The translations under genes were made by a program, and so were the position numbers. This document shows positions 60,901 through 64,000 of a stretch of DNA of 64,000 nt, piece by piece. How positions within the stretch are numbered: the stretch's first letter is position 1; each line of letters starts with the position of its first letter. This DNA is from Bacteroidia bacterium (lineage in GTDB: Bacteria > Bacteroidota > Bacteroidia > M30B66): contig OZ257142.1 in assembly GCA_965279035.1 (NCBI GenBank), forward strand, positions 3,648,001 to 3,712,000, read 5' to 3'. The notes below the pieces were generated by a model. It was given only the letters and a program-made list of their open reading frames with translations. It was not told the origin of the DNA and did no database searches.

Positions 60901-63900
60901 AAATCCGAATGTAACACCAACATTCACGGCTGTTGCTCCAATATGTTCGGGAGGAAGCCTATCGGCATTGCCAACTACTTCCAACAATGGTATCACCGGA
61001 ACTTGGGCACCTGCATTGGATAATACAACAACAACGCTTTACACATTCACGCCTTCGGCTGGACAATGTGCCACTTCAGCAACATCAACCATCACAGTAA
61101 ATCCGAATGTAACACCAACGTTCACACAGGTTGCAGCTATTTGTTCGGGAGGAAGTCTATCTGCATTGCCAACGACTTCAAACAATGGCATTACCGGAAC
61201 TTGGGCACCCTCGCTAGATAATACCACAACAACTGTTTATACTTTCACACCAAGTGCTGGGCAATGTGCTACAACAGCAACGATGACTATCATAGTCACC
61301 CCGAATTTAACACCAACATTCACCGCTATTGCTCCGATTTGTTCGGGAGCTAGTTTATCGGCCTTGCCAACTACTTCCAATAATGGCATCACAGGAACAT
61401 GGACGCCAGCATTGGATAACACAACTACAACGCTTTACACCTTTACTCCTTCGGCTAGTCAATGTGCAACGACTACAACATTAACCATCACAGTAAATCC
61501 GAATGTAACACCAACATTCACCGCTGTTGCTCCTATTTGTTCGGGAGGAAGTCTTTCGGCTTTGCCAACCACTTCCAACAATGGAATTACCGGAACTTGG
61601 TCGCCTGCATTGGATAATACAACAACAACGCTTTACACATTCACGCCTTCGGCTGGACAATGTGCCACTTCAGCAACATTAACCATCACCGTAAATCCGA
61701 ATGTAACTCCAACGTTCACGGCTGTTTCTCCAATATGTTCGGGAGCTAGTTTATCTGCTTTGCCAACCACTTCCAACAATGGTATCACCGGAACATGGAC
61801 GCCAGCATTGGATAACACAACAACAACGCTTTACACATTCACGCCTGCTGCTGGACAATGTGCCACTTCAGCAACATTAACCATTACAGTAAATCCGAAT
61901 GTAACACCAACATTCACCGCTGTTGCTCCGATTTGTTCGGGAGGAAGCCTATCGGCTTTGCCAACTACTTCCAACAATGGTATCACCGGAACTTGGGCAC
62001 CTGCATTGGATAATACAACAACAACGCTATACACATTCACGCCTTCGGCTGGACAATGTGCCACTTCAGCAACATTAACCATCACAGTAAATCCGAATGT
62101 AACACCAACATTCACGGCTGTTGCTCCAATATGTTCGGGAGGAAGCCTATCGGCATTGCCAACTACTTCCAACAATGGTATCACCGGAACTTGGGCACCT
62201 GCATTGGATAATACAACAACAACGCTTTACACATTCACGCCTACTGCTGGACAATGTGCCACTACAGCAACATTAACCATCACAGTAAATCCGAATGTAT
62301 TACCAACGTTCACTCAGGTTGCTGCTATTTGTTCAGGCGGAAGTCTTTCTGCATTGCCAACGACTTCAAACAATGGCATTACCGGAACTTGGGCACCGGC
62401 GCTAGATAATACCACCACAACTGTTTATACTTTCACGCCAAGTGCTGGGCAATGTGCTACAACGGCAACGATGACTATCATAGTCACCCCGAATTTAACA
62501 CCAACATTCACCGCTATTGCTCCGATTTGTTCGGGAGCTAGTTTATCGGCCTTGCCAACTACTTCCAATAATGGCATCACAGGAACATGGACGCCAGCAT
62601 TGGATAACACAACTACAACGCTTTACACCTTTACTCCTTCGGCTAGTCAATGTGCAACGTCTGCAACATTAACCATTACTGTAAATCCGAATGTAACACC
62701 AACGTTCACGGCTGTTGCTCCGATTTGTTCGGGAGGAAGTCTATCGGCTTTGCCAACTACTTCCAATAATGGCATCACTGGAACATGGACGCCAGCATTG
62801 GATAACACAACTACAACGCTTTACACATTCACACCTGCTGCTGGACAATGCGCCACGACTGCAACGTTGACCATCACTGTGAATATTCCAACAACGCCCA
62901 CATTTACGTTGACTTCAACTATATGTAATGGAGATGCCGTTTCGGCTTTGCCAACCACTTCAAACAATGGCATCACCGGTATTTGGACTCCTGCTTTAAA
63001 TAATACAATTACCACCTTATATACATTCACTCCATCGGCTGGACAATGCGCTTCAGTTTTTACTTTCACATTGAATGTAATTCAACCGACAACACCGATA
63101 TTCACTCAGGTTCCAGCAATATGTACAGGAGGAGCATTAGCCGCTTTACCTACCATTTCGAACAATAGTTATTCGGGATCTTGGTCACCTGCAATTGACA
63201 ATACAACTACTACAACGTATACATTCACTCCATTTGCTGGTCAATGTGCTGCTACAGCTAGCATGACAATTACCGTAAATCCGAATATAACACCAACGTT
63301 CGCTCCTATTCCAGATATCTGTTTAGGAGATGTTGCTCCCGTGTTACCTACTACTTCAACTAATAGTATAACCGGAACTTGGTTTCCAATAACAGTTAGT
63401 ACTTCGATTTCTAATACGTATACGTTTACAGCATCAGCTGGGCAGTGTGCAACAACAGCAACACTAACTACTACGATTATTAGCCCAACGATTCCTTTGT
63501 TTAATGCTGTTGCTCCAGTATGTTCTGGGGGCACTGCACCAATATTACCTTTAACTTCAACGAATGGAATAACAGGAACTTGGCTTCCTGCATCAGTTAG
63601 TAATACAGTATCGGGTACTTATACATTTACACCTTCTGCTGGACAATGTGCTTCGGCTACAACAATTACAGTGACTGTTGCAACACCCAATGTTCCATCT
63701 TTTAATACAATTCCACCAATTTGTTCAGGTGATCTAGCTCCTTCTTTACCAAGTTCATCTCTTAACTCTATTGTTGGTACTTGGCTTCCTGCATTAGTAA
63801 ATAATACAACTTCAGGAACATATACTTTCACCCCCAATGCAGGACAATGCGCAACAACAACCACAACAAGCATAACAGTAAATCCCATTGTGACTACTGT

Positions 63901-64000
63901 TTTATCGCCTTTGGGGCCATTTTGTCAATTTGATCCACAACCAATTTTATTAAATACTTCTGCTAATGGATTAAGTGGAACTTGGAATCCTTCAACAATA
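54950..64000 (+). CDS. Giant multidomain surface adhesin (>3017 aa, truncated by the window); CUB-like, SprB-like and tandem-repeat domains
   Basis: TTG start gives MKNTIKYLVFMLIWLFFQEAQGQ (signal peptide), then TCSGTFYDNGG (CUB-like), QQDCDGAIPIC and an SprB-type repeat near 57490. The same frame was read at 55421, 56531, 59201, 59921 and 63962. It has no stop in the window, so the ORF track omits it. Confidence 0.9.
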   Translation, partial: MKNTIKYLVFMLIWLFFQEAQGQTYTMGTGSNSNSVTTCSGTFYDNGGSGANYANNCSSTYTFCSNVPGQCIMVNFTQFNVSDFDFFGFPYDYLTVYDGPSTASPYMFDISGGPFPAPFPVASSSGCLTFEFTSDASNRSPGWTGLLTCQPCPIPVSPTQQDCDGAIPICEEQYYQPYAYTGNNGTDILPASSCLLDGELNNSWYVFTAQTSGNLSFVISPNFSDDDYDWAVYDITNEGCEGITDESSPEISCNFSADVFAWAGQTGAYGAAPYLGTGTSTGSGGDPFNTDIPVIAGNSYVIVVSNYSSSQGGYYLDLSPSTAILFDNTPPLIAEVDEVSCGATIVEITFSEPTLCSSIQTGDFQLNGPGGPYTVTAIDLGSCTGSGVEFTQSAELTISPAITQSGTYTLCLTSAAGGISDLCGNTSTSGCVSVSTSITVTANAGPDKTICSAGAVTIGGSPTASNGTGPYTYVWSPLTGIVSGSTSANPSVNPSITTTYTVLVTDNTGCSASDDVNVIVSNAAATNISYTGSPFCTAVSTAQLPTISGTTGGTFSASPSGLTINSSTGAITPSTSTANTYTITYSVAAAGACPAFSVTTSVTINTSVATSISYTGAPFCTSLGTAQLPTIVGTTGGTFSSSPSGLTINSSTGAITPSTSSANAYTITYTVPASGACPSYTVTTSVTINTAASASISYAGSPYCTSVVTAQLPTITGTTGGTFSSSPSGLSINASTGAITPSTSTANTYTITYTIAAAGACPAFTTTTSVTINTSTTPTFTIPTTLCSGNTAPLLPGTSTNGISGTWSPSTVSNTISGTYVFTPSSGTCVNTYSITITVFERPVIYAHGVDPTCSSLCDGSATVDVVGGTGSYSYLWNTTAATQSISALCAGTYSVIVTDANGCTSTAFTPASACFQIQGILVNSCSSTEWNEEMVFFQVGSSPLNTSALTVTWPTLADSWRGLCTNPTYIAAVNATITGGGVVLPMPGTGILPANANVVLVTENVLNAPIADYSNLSGPLYMIFQCSGNTQGQFVNSGAGTSNPLILNFGSGCSESITYAPNSLPNYSGSGDGGYALYSSNGTATYLNYGCSIPYTIQSDDITLVAPPPVPVAVTPATTTICSGGNVSLTASGATTYTWAPSTNLSATTGATVTASPTGTITYTATGTLAGCTGTATAIVTVVAPANAGSNGLKAVCSNGSAVDLFNSLGGTPATGGTWTGPSSLGNAYLGTFTPGTSLAGVYTYTVTGTSPCANASATVTVSQTTEANATISYPGAPYCKSISTGQVPTISGSTGGTFSSSPAGLTLNTVLGTVTPSSSTAGTYTVTYTIAASGACPAFSTIESLTINALPATPTLTPNPPCAGQAVTFTAGNGSWYEFTLNGTQVLAPSATNTYSIPILVSGDQICVNSYPTPPFILDGNIIEPQWGTAYATSAGGPASSGFGAGNNLDALFLSNMSGNFYGAIASSVVNNTNNRVLLFIDCEAGGYNSLAGWTVRTNSPYYSVENLSSSISFDAGFSPDYVLAMNQATGDAFFDLYHMSTNVNNFLGQASTSTQLGYVSNTSVGDYTKGFEFAFPLSAIGNPTGTMKLFAMIVNDPGFGVPTFVSNQFLTHCGSAESNYGNGFIDFNSATPNPINYQLSADCFSTTCVTAGSPVTPTFTAVAPICSGASLSALPTTSNNGITGTWAPALDNTTTTLYTFTPSAGQCATSATLTITVNPNVTPTFTAIAPICSGASLSALPTTSNNGITGTWAPALSNTTTTLYTFTPAAGQCATSATLTITVTPNVTPTFTAVAPICSGGSLSALPTTSNNGITGTWSPALDNTTTTLYTFTPSAGQCATSATLTITVNPNVTPTFTAVSPICSGASLSALPTTSNNGITGTWTPALDNTTTTLYTFTPAAGQCATSATLTITVNPNVTPTFTAVAPICSGGSLSALPTTSNNGITGTWAPALDNTTTTLYTFTPSAGQCATSATLTITVNPNVTPTFTAVAPICSGGSLSALPTTSNNGITGTWAPALDNTTTTLYTFTPSAGQCATSATSTITVNPNVTPTFTQVAAICSGGSLSALPTTSNNGITGTWAPSLDNTTTTVYTFTPSAGQCATTATMTIIVTPNLTPTFTAIAPICSGASLSALPTTSNNGITGTWTPALDNTTTTLYTFTPSASQCATTTTLTITVNPNVTPTFTAVAPICSGGSLSALPTTSNNGITGTWSPALDNTTTTLYTFTPSAGQCATSATLTITVNPNVTPTFTAVSPICSGASLSALPTTSNNGITGTWTPALDNTTTTLYTFTPAAGQCATSATLTITVNPNVTPTFTAVAPICSGGSLSALPTTSNNGITGTWAPALDNTTTTLYTFTPSAGQCATSATLTITVNPNVTPTFTAVAPICSGGSLSALPTTSNNGITGTWAPALDNTTTTLYTFTPTAGQCATTATLTITVNPNVLPTFTQVAAICSGGSLSALPTTSNNGITGTWAPALDNTTTTVYTFTPSAGQCATTATMTIIVTPNLTPTFTAIAPICSGASLSALPTTSNNGITGTWTPALDNTTTTLYTFTPSASQCATSATLTITVNPNVTPTFTAVAPICSGGSLSALPTTSNNGITGTWTPALDNTTTTLYTFTPAAGQCATTATLTITVNIPTTPTFTLTSTICNGDAVSALPTTSNNGITGIWTPALNNTITTLYTFTPSAGQCASVFTFTLNVIQPTTPIFTQVPAICTGGALAALPTISNNSYSGSWSPAIDNTTTTTYTFTPFAGQCAATASMTITVNPNITPTFAPIPDICLGDVAPVLPTTSTNSITGTWFPITVSTSISNTYTFTASAGQCATTATLTTTIISPTIPLFNAVAPVCSGGTAPILPLTSTNGITGTWLPASVSNTVSGTYTFTPSAGQCASATTITVTVATPNVPSFNTIPPICSGDLAPSLPSSSLNSIVGTWLPALVNNTTSGTYTFTPNAGQCATTTTTSITVNPIVTTVLSPLGPFCQFDPQPILLNTSANGLSGTWNPSTI
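56531..57270 (+). repeat. Three 252-bp (84-aa) coding repeats; a fourth dispersed copy starts at 58766
   Basis: 'ISY.GSPFC....AQLPTI.GTTGGTFS.SPSGL.IN.STGAITPSTS.AN.YTITY' units start at 56531, 56783 and 57035. Confidence 0.88.
59921..64000 (+). repeat. About 20 tandem 198-bp (66-aa) coding repeats
   Basis: Unit VTPTFTAVAPICSGGSLSALPTTSNNGITGTWAPALDNTTTTLYTFTPSAGQCATSATLTITVNPN; near-identical to about 62900, more diverged afterwards. Confidence 0.95.

Noticed and set aside
56250-63888. Many short Val/Ala-rich minus-strand ORFs
   Set aside because: Antisense shadows of the Thr-rich repeats in the giant plus-strand CDS.

Overview
Chromosomal segment of a Bacteroidota bacterium (TAnnTTTG promoter motifs, several T9SS C-terminal-domain proteins, the M23-zapA-rny and acpP-fabF-rnc-IPExxxVDY-pyk gene orders). 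Most of it is housekeeping: rnpB, deaD, mnmA, zapA, rny, a 9-gene surface-glycan cluster, pyk, rnc, fabF, acpP, purN, rnhA, an M1 aminopeptidase and sdhCAB. There are two very large repetitive surface proteins; one (54950 to >64000) runs off the window and is missing from the ORF track. The unusual part is 33.4-40.9 kb, downstream of sdhB. It holds five BoxC/REP-like palindromes and a triple tandem array carrying displaced copies of a gene's 3' end that differ only at silent sites. It also holds an intact ATP-dependent ligase homolog lacking its catalytic motifs, two copies of a ~210-230-nt pseudoknot-capable non-coding element, a 57-bp tandem array, two T9SS cargo genes, a duplicated sdhB terminator and an IS1595 element with an 8-bp target duplication. 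No CRISPR array, tRNA or rRNA was seen. Product calls come from motif recognition by eye; no database searches were run.
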